Positions 1-10,800 of a DNA stretch of 64,000 nt are shown piece by piece. Position 1 is the stretch's first letter; each line of letters opens with the position of its first letter. Position numbers and translations under genes: made by a program. Under the pieces are notes generated by a model, which ran no database searches, had not been told where the DNA came from, and was given only the letters and a program-made list of their open reading frames with translations. This DNA is from Clostridia bacterium (lineage in GTDB: Bacteria; Bacillota; Clostridia; UBA1212; DUPL01). The DNA is taken from positions 42,113 to 106,112 of the forward strand of contig JBMNIW010000007.1 of assembly GCA_050951325.1 (NCBI GenBank). The letters run 5' to 3'.

Positions 1-108
1 TCCGATGGGTACCATGACCCATGGCATTTCAATTCTTAAAGAAAAAACACATAAAAAAGCATAAACAGAAGATAATATGTGAAGCAGAAGATATCAGGAG
101 AGACCTTT

Positions 109-693
109 ATGAAAAAGTTGCTGCTTCACATATTTCTTTTAATATTTCTTGTAGGATGTGTAAAAATTGAAGACATAACAGTAGAACCAACACCCTCACC
201 TACAGTGGTTGAAAATCAGAATGAAGAAAACAAGCAGGAGGAGGGCAAGGTAGTCATAACCATCCCGGGAGCTTTTCTTGCATATCAGGAGGTCATTGAT
301 TTTCTCGTAAGTGTAAATACAAAAGGATATATTGAAAGCATTGAAGAAAACTTGGATGGCTCCATAACCTACATCATTACCAAAGAAAACTATATTTATA
401 TTCTAAGCTTTCTCAAAGTAAATATTATAAATCTATTTGAAGAACTCAAGACAAGCAGTCAGTATCCGTCCATAAAGGATGTGACATACAATGAAGATTT
501 TACGAATATAACTTTTTATGTGGCAAAAAAAGACTATGAAAACAGTAAGGATGAGGTAGCATCCTTTGTCATAGCAGCAAAGAGCATGGTTTACTCCTTT
601 CTTTCAAACAACAACATTGAAATACCGCCTGTAATTGTCAAGATCAAGGACCATGAGACTAAAGAAATATTAAAATCCATCTCCTGGCCCTAA
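109..693 (+). CDS. Hypothetical lipoprotein
   Basis: ATG at 109 after AGGAG; signal peptide with lipobox FLVGC, then a PTPSPT linker. Confidence 0.7.
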   Translation: MKKLLLHIFLLIFLVGCVKIEDITVEPTPSPTVVENQNEENKQEEGKVVITIPGAFLAYQEVIDFLVSVNTKGYIESIEENLDGSITYIITKENYIYILSFLKVNIINLFEELKTSSQYPSIKDVTYNEDFTNITFYVAKKDYENSKDEVASFVIAAKSMVYSFLSNNNIEIPPVIVKIKDHETKEILKSISWP

Positions 694-3206
694 TTAAAAT
701 ATTCGTTTGCACTAACTGCGAAATCACCGTCTGTGAAAACGTCGTTAGTCTTAATCTGCATCTGGATGTACCAAAGATCCTTCATAAGGTGTTCCCTGTC
801 CCTCTCATCTATGGCAAATTCAACACCGTATTCATACAGGTTCTTGTCATGTTCTTTCATCCAGACGGCGTACCCTCTGATATCCAATATTTTTCCTGCC
901 AGGTAGGCAGAAAAATTCATAACCAAATCCCTGCTGACGGGCATTTTCAGATTTGTGACAAAACACAATCCTCCTGCACTGATATTCTTCACCAATACCT
1001 TCGTATTGCCCACATTCAGCTCCTTTCCCTTAAGCTCAAGAATTGTCATGTCTGCAATCAACAAGTTTTTAAACTCCACCCTGAAATACTTTCTTTTGTT
1101 CTTGTCAGACACAATTGTTGGCTCTTTTGCTTCCGGCCTTACTACTCTCTTCTTCAATATCTTCCTGAACATGTCTTCAGGAAGAGGCTTGCTGTAGATG
1201 TAACCCTGGCCGGTTTTACACTTCAAGTCCTTGAGAAAAACAAGCTGGGGCATTGTTTCAATACCCTCCGCCACCACTTTCAGACTCAGTTCATGTGCCA
1301 TGTTGATTATGTGGCGGGTTATAGTTGTGCTTGCATAGTCGGCGCTCAAGTTTTTAATAAAGGAGCTGTCCATTTTTAAAATATCTATGTTAAAAGAACT
1401 CAAATACGCCAGCGACGAATATCCCGTACCGAAGTCGTCCAAGGCTATCTGAATGCCCGCTTCGCGCAATCTTTTCAAGTCATTAATGACCTTCTCGGTA
1501 TTAACAAGCAAAATGCTTTCAGTAATCTCTATAATTAAGAGATTAGGGTCGAGAGAATGGTCTTCTATTGTTTTAATAATATTTTCGACAAAGCGGGATT
1601 CAAAGAACTGGACACTTGATATGTTTACACCAACCTTTACAGGTCTCAAGCCATACGAAATCCACTTCTTTATATCCTCGCATACCTTTTTAAACACCCA
1701 TCTTCCAATATTCATGATATAACCGGTTTCTTCGGCAATGGGTATGAATTCCATCGGCGATACCATACCCCAGGTTGGATGATCCCATCTGATAAGAGCC
1801 TCTGCGGCAATTACCCTGTTGGTCTTCAAATCCATTATGGGCTGGTAGTATACCCTGAACTGGTCATTGTCAATGGCTTTGAGCATGTCTGCGTGTAATT
1901 CAAACTGCTTGTATGTTTGCACGTCAATATCCGAGGAATAGAACTTGTATTTGTTCTTCCCCTCATTCTTTGCCCAAAACAGTGCAATTTCAGCATGCTT
2001 GATTATACTCTCCGCATCGCTGTTATTCTCGTCAAAAAGGCAGATTCCCATGTTTATAGTAACTTCAATATCATATTTATCCACAGTAAACGAGTTGCTG
2101 AATACATTTATTGCCTTCCTAGCCATGGCCTCATAATCACTTATTGATTCCATGTCTGTGACAATGATGGCATATCTGTCTTCGGAATAGCGGCAGATAT
2201 AGTGGTGTTCTCCAAACACATACTTTAGTCTATGGGAAACCTCCACTAAAAGTTTGTCCCCCACATAATGACCTATCGCATCCAGCATTCTGTTAAATCT
2301 GTCCACCCTGAGCATCATGGTGGCAAATTTATTATTTTCCTTTTTAGCTTCATTGCAAAGTTTGTTCAGGGTTTCCTTTAGGTGAATCCGGTTTGGAAGA
2401 CCGGTAAGTTCGTCATGTGTGGATATGTGATGAACCATTTTCTCCATCTCCACCCTTTTGGTTATGTCTCTGAAAGACACAATAAGACCGTTCCGGGACT
2501 TCTGGTTCACATTGCGTATGACAAGCTCCAGATATATGTTGTCCCCGTTTTTATTTGTATAAAAAAAGGTGCCTTCAGCCTTTTTCTCAGAACCTTCCGA
2601 TACTTTTTCAATCATGTACTTTATTTCAATGGAATTTTCCGTGTTGAAAATATCGAATATGCTCTTTCCAAGCAACTCCGAACCATCATAACCGATTACC
2701 TCTGACAATGATTCGCTTGCATATTTTATCTGACCTTTATCGTTAACCAGAGCAAACATGTCGCAGGATTCCCTTATCAAAAGCTCGTATTTTCTTTTGA
2801 GCTTGTCCATACCAATGGAATCTTTGCTCTTTGAAGGAATCTGCTCTATTATACCTATTACCCTTACAGGCTTTTTGTATCTATCGAATATGGTGAATGT
2901 TCTCTCATTGACGTATTTTAGATTACCCTTTGCCGTTACTATCCTGTACTCAATATTATAATCCTCACCGTTAACCGCACCCTGAAGAGCATTGTTCACA
3001 CTATCCTTGTCCTCAGTATGTACAAAGGGCAGAAAGCAAAAAAGATCCTTTGAAACAATCTGGTTCGTTTCAAATATATCAAATATCTCATTGGACAGCT
3101 GGAACTCGCCTGTAACAAAATCCTGAGTCCAGCTGCCTGTTTTCATTAAACGGCGGCTGTTTGTGATCTTCATTCTTTTGTTCTGGCCTTTTTGCCATAA
3201 GAGCAT
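690..3206 (-). CDS. PAS-PAS-GGDEF(degenerate)-EAL-PilZ c-di-GMP phosphodiesterase
   Basis: HDELTGLPNR; GGDEF site reads SEDRY; EAL and DDFGTGYSS intact; C-terminal RKYFR and NISAGG PilZ motifs. Confidence 0.9.
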   Translation of the reverse strand: MLLWQKGQNKRMKITNSRRLMKTGSWTQDFVTGEFQLSNEIFDIFETNQIVSKDLFCFLPFVHTEDKDSVNNALQGAVNGEDYNIEYRIVTAKGNLKYVNERTFTIFDRYKKPVRVIGIIEQIPSKSKDSIGMDKLKRKYELLIRESCDMFALVNDKGQIKYASESLSEVIGYDGSELLGKSIFDIFNTENSIEIKYMIEKVSEGSEKKAEGTFFYTNKNGDNIYLELVIRNVNQKSRNGLIVSFRDITKRVEMEKMVHHISTHDELTGLPNRIHLKETLNKLCNEAKKENNKFATMMLRVDRFNRMLDAIGHYVGDKLLVEVSHRLKYVFGEHHYICRYSEDRYAIIVTDMESISDYEAMARKAINVFSNSFTVDKYDIEVTINMGICLFDENNSDAESIIKHAEIALFWAKNEGKNKYKFYSSDIDVQTYKQFELHADMLKAIDNDQFRVYYQPIMDLKTNRVIAAEALIRWDHPTWGMVSPMEFIPIAEETGYIMNIGRWVFKKVCEDIKKWISYGLRPVKVGVNISSVQFFESRFVENIIKTIEDHSLDPNLLIIEITESILLVNTEKVINDLKRLREAGIQIALDDFGTGYSSLAYLSSFNIDILKMDSSFIKNLSADYASTTITRHIINMAHELSLKVVAEGIETMPQLVFLKDLKCKTGQGYIYSKPLPEDMFRKILKKRVVRPEAKEPTIVSDKNKRKYFRVEFKNLLIADMTILELKGKELNVGNTKVLVKNISAGGLCFVTNLKMPVSRDLVMNFSAYLAGKILDIRGYAVWMKEHDKNLYEYGVEFAIDERDREHLMKDLWYIQMQIKTNDVFTDGDFAVSANEYFN

Positions 3207-3287
3207 ATGCTGCTATCTCCTAAACTACTAAATAATCTCATATGCTATATCGACAAACCCAGCCAATTCTTTAGTCTTTTTCAACAA

Positions 3288-4535
3288 TTAGTCGTGAAAA
3301 GAATAAAATCCTCTGACCGTATTGATTATATCCTTGAAATGATCCTCCGGACTCTTTGAATCCCATTCATCAAACCTGCTGAAGGTATATCCACTGGAAT
3401 TAATGGTCGGAATTTCTTCTGCCTTGAACGGACCAGCAAGACCCGCCATCCAGCCTTTTTCCTTCCATCCTTCACTGTCGGATCTGAATCTAAAAAGATA
3501 AAACTCATATTTCGAGTCTTCGAATATGTTCATAAGTTCAATCTCATCAGGTTCCCTGCCCAGCTCTGTAGGATAACAAAGCCAGTCCACCATGTTCGAC
3601 TCTGCAAACTTTTCCTGACTTACATACTCCTCAGGAAATAGTTCTAGTCTGTTCATATTGTCAAGGGCGTTGTAAAACCAGTTGCGCATCTCGTTGCTCT
3701 TTGCAATATCCTCAAAGTGTTCTGCCTCCACTTCACAGTTGTGCTTTAACAAAGAAACAGTTGCAAACATCTTGAGCCTTATATCATTAATTGACAAAAG
3801 CTCATTCAAGCATTTTATAACCCTTATATCCTTAATATACCCTGCAAGATCAAAATGTACGCCTGCATAAGACCTTATTTCAAGATACTCCTCATCATCC
3901 CACATGGAGCCAGGATAGCTGCCAAAATCATATTCCCTCACTTTATCCGCCATATAAAGAATATCCTTCACTATTTCATTCTTGTATTCACCCAGATAAT
4001 CCTCATTGACAAGGCCTTCATTGAAATAGCAGAGCAGCACATGATAAATGTCTCTTGACAAGTACTTGTTGTCTATATACTTCAAAACTGCAGGGAATAT
4101 TAAATCTGCATGCCTTGGCCGCCTGATAAGGTTGCCTGCAGGCAGGCCTCTTAAATCCATATATATCTTCCCTAATAGCTTTACATACGCTTCCATAGCC
4201 TCCCTGACTTCATATTCTGCAAGGAACAAAAGAATGGAAATCTTTGCAGGAAGACTGACAAAATCAAAGATGCCGACTACCTTGTCAACATATTCCCTTT
4301 GAGGATACTTTGCAACAATATCTATAAGTCTTGATGAAATGTCAATCCATTCAAATTCAGAAGGCGGAAACTTTTGTTTTGACCAGTCAAGCAATTTAAG
4401 GCCTTCTTTGACCCCGATATCCATTTTCTCTATCTTCTTCAAGGCGTCCTCTCGCCTATCGTAATCTTCGTCGTGTAGTTTGGTTAATAATTTGTCAAGT
4501 GGATCTTTTTCTTTAAACAAATTAATTATACTCAT
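3288..4535 (-). CDS. Hypothetical helical-repeat-like protein
   Basis: Long ORF; ATG at 4535 after GGAGG; no recognised catalytic motif. Confidence 0.65.
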   Translation of the reverse strand: MSIINLFKEKDPLDKLLTKLHDEDYDRREDALKKIEKMDIGVKEGLKLLDWSKQKFPPSEFEWIDISSRLIDIVAKYPQREYVDKVVGIFDFVSLPAKISILLFLAEYEVREAMEAYVKLLGKIYMDLRGLPAGNLIRRPRHADLIFPAVLKYIDNKYLSRDIYHVLLCYFNEGLVNEDYLGEYKNEIVKDILYMADKVREYDFGSYPGSMWDDEEYLEIRSYAGVHFDLAGYIKDIRVIKCLNELLSINDIRLKMFATVSLLKHNCEVEAEHFEDIAKSNEMRNWFYNALDNMNRLELFPEEYVSQEKFAESNMVDWLCYPTELGREPDEIELMNIFEDSKYEFYLFRFRSDSEGWKEKGWMAGLAGPFKAEEIPTINSSGYTFSRFDEWDSKSPEDHFKDIINTVRGFYSFHD

Positions 4536-4641
4536 TGAACCCTCCTCACTTTTGTATATACAATACACAAAAATGTTTGTATCTGCAAGTATTATTATAT
4601 ATAATCCAGGATGTCATGAAATAAAAAGGAAAGAATGAATA

Positions 4642-5559
4642 ATGGAGAACTTGAAAAAGAAAGCAAAAGAATTGCCTAGTGCACCAGGGATATATAAATT
4701 CCTTGATAAGGATAAGAACATAATATATATCGGTAAAAGCAAGAACCTTAAACAAAGGGTTTCCTCATATTTTCATAAGAAACACAAGTGGGAAAAGGTA
4801 AACAAGATGGTACACCTAATAAATAGTATTGAACACGAAGTGTGCGACACCCATCTTGAAGCAAGGCTGCTTGAATGTCAATTAATCAAATCCATCAAAC
4901 CCTGGTTTAACAGCCAGTATAAAAACGACAGAGGATATGTGTATGTGAAAATCGGTGATAATTACAGATACAAACCCTTTTCCATCGTCTCATCAAGGGT
5001 AGATGACTCCTTTGGTCCTTTTAGACGCAGGTACTCCCTTAATGAAACCATGGAAAGAATGCGCCACATTTTCCCCATTTGTGACAATTACCAATTCTCA
5101 TACAACATACTGCCAATTGACATGGACAAGGATACCTTCGATAGAAACAGGCAAACCCTTTTAAAAATATTTGGCAGTGCAAAAGAAATGGAAAAATTGA
5201 TTCTTGCAATTACAAACAAGATGCAATTTTATTCAAATGATATGCAGTATGAAATAGCTGCAAACCTAAGAAATCTTAAAGATGGTTTAAGTATAATAAA
5301 CAAGGTGCTTTACAGCCATGAGGATATATTGTCAAAAGATATAATTCTCAAAATTCCCATAAACAGTGGCTACAAACTTTTTTATGTAAAGTCCGGGTTA
5401 GTTGTAAACTGCGGTAATAACAAGGATTTAAATGATTTTTTAGCCGATTCAAAGGATAAAAAAACAGAGTTCTGCGATGAGAAGTCCCGTATGGATTTTA
5501 GGGACATACTCCTTTCAGAGCTTAACACGCTTTCTGAAGAATGCATAATTTACGTATAA
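4642..5559 (+). CDS. GIY-YIG nuclease, UvrC N-terminal/Cho-like
   Basis: PSAPGIYKF...IIYIGKSKNLKQRVSSYF, EARLLECQLIK and a UVR-like MQYEIAANLRN; lacks the UvrC C-terminal half. Confidence 0.85.
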   Translation: MENLKKKAKELPSAPGIYKFLDKDKNIIYIGKSKNLKQRVSSYFHKKHKWEKVNKMVHLINSIEHEVCDTHLEARLLECQLIKSIKPWFNSQYKNDRGYVYVKIGDNYRYKPFSIVSSRVDDSFGPFRRRYSLNETMERMRHIFPICDNYQFSYNILPIDMDKDTFDRNRQTLLKIFGSAKEMEKLILAITNKMQFYSNDMQYEIAANLRNLKDGLSIINKVLYSHEDILSKDIILKIPINSGYKLFYVKSGLVVNCGNNKDLNDFLADSKDKKTEFCDEKSRMDFRDILLSELNTLSEECIIYV

Positions 5560-5569
5560 AACAAGCTTT

Positions 5570-6646
5570 TTACCTGTTTTTAATCACATCAAGACCTTCA
5601 AACAAGTACATCTTTTCCTTATGCATCCGGCGGTATTGATCAGGAGTTACCTCCATCTTCTTTTTGAATACCCTGCTAAGATAAACAGGAGATTTGTAGC
5701 CTATCATGTCTGCAATCTGTGCAATGGTATACTCCGTGGTTGCAAACAAATGACATGCTTCTTTAATCCTGACCTCTTGAAGAATGGTTTTAAAAGGTAC
5801 TCCTATTGATTCCTTAATCAGCTTGGAAAGATGCGGTTCTGAGTAATTGAAATGTCTTGCTGCATCGGACAGGGATGTGGATTGGTAATTCTCCTGTATG
5901 TACCTGAGTATCTTCTCTGAAAATTCGCAATTTTCCGCTTCATGAGTCTCATCTTCATTTTCTGCCAGATATTCCAGTATTACCGTAAGCAAGGAGGCCT
6001 TTGTATTTGGATTGTTCTGCCCGTTAAATGCTTCTGAAAAAAGAAGAGCCAATGCACTTCTCAGCATGTTGTTGTGCAGTGCATGGAACATGAGGAAGCC
6101 TCTTTTATCCATGGAAGGCATATAATAATTCTGTTTTATAAATTTGACTATTCCTTTATCCTGCGACAGTCTCTTGAAAAAACTTTCATCAAACAAGGAT
6201 TTTTTAATAATCACATTAATTAATATACTGTCATCCACCACCTCCAGTTTGTGTTGAACGCCAGGAGCAATTATACATATGTCTGCTTCCGACATTTTAT
6301 ACAGCTGTCCGTTGATAATGTTGCCTGCTTTCCCTTTCAGAACATATACCATTTCAAAGAAATTATGGTCATGCAGAAGGCATTCCATGAATCTGGGATG
6401 TTTCCACACAGTTATTTCATCCTGATAAAAGTCGTCAAACAAAGTCATGAAGTCTACTTCCTGCATCATGCCAACAAACGCCCTTTGCAGCGCAGTATTA
6501 TTCGAACTTTTGACATAGTCAAAAAGCTTGTCAAGTTCCTCTTTGTTATCCTTGACTTCCCAATACTTCTTACCCAGTTGTTCCATGTCATCCAAAGGTT
6601 CCAAATATGAAAACGTATCAGGAGGTGGAGTATAGATCATGTTCAT
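5570..6646 (-). CDS. AraC family transcriptional regulator
   Basis: Cupin HDHNFFEMVYV plus C-terminal double HTH (IAQIADMIGY...FKKKMEVTPDQYR). Confidence 0.9.
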   Translation of the reverse strand: MNMIYTPPPDTFSYLEPLDDMEQLGKKYWEVKDNKEELDKLFDYVKSSNNTALQRAFVGMMQEVDFMTLFDDFYQDEITVWKHPRFMECLLHDHNFFEMVYVLKGKAGNIINGQLYKMSEADICIIAPGVQHKLEVVDDSILINVIIKKSLFDESFFKRLSQDKGIVKFIKQNYYMPSMDKRGFLMFHALHNNMLRSALALLFSEAFNGQNNPNTKASLLTVILEYLAENEDETHEAENCEFSEKILRYIQENYQSTSLSDAARHFNYSEPHLSKLIKESIGVPFKTILQEVRIKEACHLFATTEYTIAQIADMIGYKSPVYLSRVFKKKMEVTPDQYRRMHKEKMYLFEGLDVIKNR

Positions 6647-6888
6647 TCCCCTTTTCTTTATATTTCAATTATAATTCACAATTGACAATTTGACAACTTA
6701 ATATCAAAAGTCACATTAACATTACCAAAAGTTTATTCACTTATTTATCCATAATGATATAATTGCAGTAAGAACAATTGGGCAAATAAAAGTCCATATT
6801 ATACATTTAGCAGCCAGCTAATTTTGAAATATAATATAATCAACGTAAAAGGTCAGTCGAGATACATACTTGGAAAGGAGTTTTAATT

Positions 6889-7786
6889 ATGAAAGCTTAT
6901 AGTTACATAAAAACATTCACCTGTGTTTTCTGCATTCTCATGCTTGTCATACTAATGGGATGCAACAGAAACGATATTCATATAGGAGATCTGCCTCCTG
7001 AATATCAGGCGAATGTGACGGGCAATATCACAGTATCATATCCCATGCATATATATATCCTGGGGACCCAACCTAATACCTTTCCTTGAAGGCTGGGGCG
7101 GAAAATGGTTTGACGATGTTAACAAGAAAGTCTTGTTTGTAAGTGATGAGAAAGTATTGAAAGGTTTTTCCGAGCTTGTTGGAGTTATTGACGACGGTCT
7201 TGTACGTCCTGATGGAGTAAGTGGCAACTTCATGTCCAAATATGCAAAACTGAATGTAGAAGACACCGTATTCAGGGCAGGAGTTTTCCCTGGTCTTTAT
7301 CAGGCAGGATTGGAATATCAGTCCAAGGGTGTAAACTGGAATATAGCAAACTGGCCACGATTCCCTGTTCATAGAGTAGGAACGGGAGCCACAGGTTTTG
7401 GAGTATACAACAGAACAAAAAGACCCGATACGGCCGCTGCTTTCTGTCTGTTTCTTTTTACAGACGAAGGACAAAGGGCATATCATGAACAGGTAGGCGG
7501 TTCTGTTCCCCTTACTAAAAACTTGGCTATGGAAGATTTCTGGAGAATACCATGGCCAAAAGACAAAATTAACTACGACGCCTTCATCAGTTATCCAGAG
7601 GCTGATACAGTTGGTAAATTTCAATGCAGATTGCCAGACTCAGTCGCCAGCATAATTTTAAGCAGAATCAACAATGTATTCGAAGCCCACCTTTCAGGAA
7701 GAACAGACTACAAAGACAGTTTGGGAGAGATTGAGAAACTAGCTACTGAAAAATGGGAGACCCTGTTTGAAGGTGAAAGAACATGA
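6889..7786 (+). pseudogene. Frameshifted, internally shortened ABC sugar-binding lipoprotein
   Basis: Lipobox ILMGC in 6889..7089; the +1 frame from ~7050 reads YISWGPNLIPFLEGWGGKWFD into the SBP C-terminal ORF 7133..7786. Confidence 0.6.
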
Positions 7787-7813
7787 ATGAAGGAGCCTTA
7801 CGGCTCCTTCATT
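7786..7813. terminator. Bidirectional hairpin between convergent genes
   Basis: AATGAAGGAGCC-TTAC-GGCTCCTTCATT, perfect 12-bp stem. Confidence 0.75.
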
Positions 7814-10800
7814 ATCTTCTCTCTGCAAGTTTTATAGTAATACTTGACTGCCTCTCCAGTTGTTTCAGAGCATCCACAACAGCATCACCAACACGGTCTT
7901 TAGTACCCTTGTTGTTAAGTCTTTCCAGGTCTCTAAAGAGTACTCTTGAAAACATGGCTCTTAGACGAATATTCTCTTCAAACAAATCTTTGGAGTCATG
8001 AAGAGCTTCAAAAAAGTCGTCTCTTCTGTCATGCTCTATTCCCATAAGAGCGTTTTCCGCATTTGCCTGAGAGGCAAATACTCCAACCTTCCAGAAATCT
8101 TCTTTCTGAGCATCCACATTGGAAGGAATACCGCCATAATATTTATTAAGTATCTTCTGCCCTTCCACAGACTGTGAAAACCCAATCAGTTTCGCAGCCA
8201 GATTCTTCTTTTTGCTTGAATCCACCATGGCAAAACCATGAATAAAGTCCGTATTGCTTGCTCCCACATCTCCTTCAGGGAATTTTGGCAACGGCAGAAT
8301 CAATAGATTATTATCCTTTGCAAGTTCTTCAGCATAATTTGCAGGATTCCTCATTAGTTCCTCCTCTGAAAGGAAATACATCCCGTTTCTGTCAGGTTGA
8401 CTTGCAAAGGCAAAGGACATTCCGCATTTTGCATTCAAACTGTTCTTGGCATCAAATCCGTTTGCCTGAGCGTATCCTCTATTCAAAAGCATGAACATAC
8501 TAGATAAACCTTCAAAGCTTTTGCCCTGTGTAAGGACAAGATCCAAATTATCCTCATCAAACCACTCTCCGCCAAAGCCCCGTACAAACTGCATCCATAC
8601 AAAGGCCTGGTGATATGGCAGATATACTCCGGTGTAGGACTTTGAGTTCTTTTTCTGTGTAAGTGCTTCTACCGTTTCTACAAAATCCTCATAAGTCCAA
8701 TTGCTGTCTGGTACCTTGACACCAAGTTCTTCGAAAACGTTCAAGTCACACAATACAACAGCTCTGTCGTAATTGAACGGAACCCACTGAAGAGAGGTGC
8801 CCACCTTTCCTAAAGACAGTGCGGATTCAACCATCTTTTCGCCTTTAATACCGTGTTTTTCAAGGTCTGCAAACTGAGGACCCTTTTCTTTGCCGTAATA
8901 TTTTGGATCCCTCATATACTCAAGAGCACTGTCGGCAGGTATTAATACCACATCTCCAGAAAGCTTTGCTGGAAAATCTTTCACAAACTCAACCCTTACA
9001 CCAACACCCTTGTTCTCTTTCTTGAAGGCATCAATGAATTCAACAAGAGTCTCTTTGAGTTTATCCATGTCAGCATCAGGTGAAATATCTTCCCTTACAA
9101 CCAAAGTTATCGTCTTCCTTTTGGAAGCTTCCGTTTCCTCAATTACATTTTCTCCACCTTCTTCAGGTTCCCGTTTTCTTCCGAAAAAATGCAGCGATGA
9201 TGCAATTGCCGCAATAGCAACAAGCAATATGACAGCGGAAATAATAATTCCTTTTTGCTGCATTTTAAGCAATACAACAGCTATTGCAACAAGGGCAACA
9301 ACACCAATGCCTAATGCGCCTATAACTCCGTAATTGATTTTAGAAGCTCTTGTCTCTTCCTTTTCAACAATATTTCCATCTTTCTTTACGTATCTGAAGT
9401 TGAATCTTGAGTCAGGAGCTGCATCACCCAAATCCATGAACTGCATAACATCGCCCTCAGTGGTGGAGTTATCCGCCCATTTGAAATCAAAGTTGTCTCT
9501 CTTTTCAAGACCAACCAGGTTGTTTGGCACACATATAACCATCCTGTTGCCTTCCACCTTGTACTCTGCCTTGCCAACTTCCTCAAACTCCCAACCACCG
9601 CCTGCAAATCTCTCTATGGTTGCGTACTTGTCGTCTCTACTTCTGTTGATTATATAATCATAACCTTCCCAACCTGTTTCATGGTTCTGGTCCACGTCCA
9701 GGAAAAGGTTCATCCAGTTCTCTCCGTCATCAAAAACAATATCATTCACACAGGAAACAAAGAAGTATGTCTTGTCATCCAATTTCGAAACTTTGGCATA
9801 CTCTATGTCATTTCTTCCTGTATCGTTGGTATAGTGATAAGTTCCTGTAACGGATCTGTGGTTCCTGTGGGTGATGTCGTGCGTTATGTCTCTAAACTCA
9901 GGTTGAACCTTGCCCCACTTGTCCAAATCAACAGAAAGTCCCATATCATGGCTGCCTTCACCCAAAGGCAGTTCATCCATGCCCTTGAAAAGCCTTATGT
10001 AGTGGCAGAGTTGGTAGTAGAAATTGTCTCCAAAGAAACCATCAATAGGCTCAATATCCCTTGAGAATTCCACACTGAAACAGTCCACAAAAACTTTACC
10101 AAATTGAAGGTCACCTACTACTGTGCTGTAAGTGCCTGCCACAGGCCATGATGGTGTATTGGAAGTTACCTCTGACCCTCCGTTTGTAAACTCGTTCCAC
10201 CCTGTAACCATTATGACTTTTGGATCAAGCTCAAGGGCTCTTTCCCACTGTTCCTTGAAAGCAAGACCGTATTTCGTCTCTTCAAGAGAATATCCAAAGT
10301 CCTTCTTTCCATTTGATATCTGCTCTCCCTGTACAAAGCTTCTCCCTCTTGATGTGGAAGCGTGAAAACCTGCGGATACTGCCACCTGCTCTATTTCCCC
10401 ACTTTTATTCTTACCGGGAACCTGAGGCCATTCTGCAATCCAGGGCCACCTGTCAACACCACCGTCATCTTCCGTCCATGTGTTGAAAGCCCAGCTGCGC
10501 TTGATTGTAAAGAAATCCTTCTGCTCGCCGCTTATATTTTTCGGGTTTCCAAAGATTAATGGTTTTCCTTCCCACATAAACCATAAATTCTTGTATTTTC
10601 CTGGAGCATATATCTCCGACCATAAAACACCCAAATGGCTTTGCATCCTTTCAGGAGCATCGCCACAGTGGAAAACTATCTGGGGAGTGACTCCACCCTC
10701 GTCCCTTATCCCCTGCCATACTCTGAACAAAGTCTTCCAGGCAGACTGATACATATTTGGATTGGTTATGTCAAGGAACACAAAATCAACACCTGCCGCA

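Noticed and set aside
4642-5559. GIY-YIG homing or defence nuclease
   Set aside because: Motifs fit the UvrC/Cho repair lineage; no intron or defence context
6779-6825. GGGCAAA...GCAGCCAG resembling a c-di-GMP-I riboswitch
   Set aside because: No GAAA-capped P2 stem or GCAAAG junction, and too short
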